Source of the DNA: a virus | IMG/VR virus record: IMGVR_UViG_3300009826_000008 | Coordinates: 1 to 44,206 of that record | Length of the DNA: 44,206 nt | Direction: 5' to 3' (one strand) | In this document: positions 43,936 to 44,206 of the stretch, piece by piece | Numbering within the stretch: position 1 is the stretch's first letter | Layout: each line of letters starts with the position of its first letter | The notes under the pieces: model-generated | What the model saw: the letters and a program-made list of their open reading frames with translations, nothing else | Told to the model about the DNA's origin: nothing | Databases searched by the model: none | Position numbers and translations under genes: made by a program

Positions 43936-44206
43936 ATGACTACAGCAATCACACTTGACAAAGCTAATGCGACTGGCAATGAGCGCAATAGACAATCACT
44001 ACACAGACAATCAAATGTGACAGGACAGCGCACATATAACTTTTTTAATAAGTGCGACCAAAATGATTACAATTTCCTGACTCGCTCAGTCCCAGCAACT
44101 GATACCAGAAAAGTAGTAGATACATCTAGAGCTAGTGATTTATTTGATACTAGTATAGTACCAGTTGTAGAGCGCGTGTATGGTCAGACGTGTGCAGTCT
44201 TGCGCA
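43936..44206 (+). CDS. Hypothetical early protein, 5' part; continues through the terminal overlap to stop at 533 (226 aa joined)
   Basis: ATG at 43936 follows AGGAG (43924..43928). The frame stays open to the window end. 44176 corresponds to base 93 and is in frame (240 nt from the ATG). Confidence 0.6.
   Translation, partial: MTTAITLDKANATGNERNRQSLHRQSNVTGQRTYNFFNKCDQNDYNFLTRSVPATDTRKVVDTSRASDLFDTSIVPVVERVYGQTCAVLR
44084..44206. repeat. Terminal direct repeat, right copy (identical to 1..123)
   Basis: Exact 123-bp identity with the window start. It lies inside an open reading frame. Confidence 0.97.

Noticed and set aside
43797-44033. 78-aa minus-strand ORF at the right end
   Set aside because: It overlaps the start and RBS of the junction-spanning plus-strand gene. 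It has no RBS and sits in the early promoter region.

Overview
This window appears to be one complete dsDNA tailed-phage genome of about 44.08 kb. Bases 1..123 are repeated exactly at 44084..44206, and an ORF reads across that junction, so the ends close into a circle or a circular permutation.

The genome has two arms:
- A plus-strand early and replication arm runs from 43936, through the junction, to 17756.
- A minus-strand late arm runs from 43163 down to 17977.
- The arms converge on a bidirectional intrinsic terminator at 17921..17964.
- They diverge from an ORF-free control region of about 770 bp (43164..43935).

Recognisable late genes are terS, terL, portal, scaffold, major capsid, a collagen-like fibre, a CBM5/12-like protein, a holin plus an Amidase_3/SH3b endolysin, an HxH tail-collar fibre, a Q/N-rich repeat protein and a 2237-aa giant protein. 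I found no tape-measure, tube or sheath genes, so I infer a podovirus-like virion.

Recognisable early and middle genes are a DnaB helicase, a DUF669-like SSB with a DDIPF tail, a PD-(D/E)XK exonuclease, an Hjc-like resolvase, a metallophosphoesterase, a thioredoxin-like protein, an NrdD-C-terminus-like mini-protein and a DUF3310 protein. No DNA polymerase, primase, integrase or repressor was recognised. Strong GGAGG-type RBSs, TTG/GTG starts and the SH3b endolysin suggest a Gram-positive (Bacillota) host.

The most unusual content lies in the first 10 kb:
- An ORF-free, helix-rich stretch of 857 bp (534..1390) is a candidate large structured RNA.
- A tRNA-like gene has a non-canonical anticodon arm and is preceded by a pseudoknot-capable leader.
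- One ORF is built from a hexanucleotide repeat encoding (G-[Y/N/D])x23.
- A duplicated module holds two paralogous proteins of about 437 aa, two paralogous zinc-ribbon proteins and a zinc-finger-flanked MH-clan metallopeptidase.
- Many tiny CxxC proteins are packed among these.

All functional calls rest on motifs read by eye. No database search was run.
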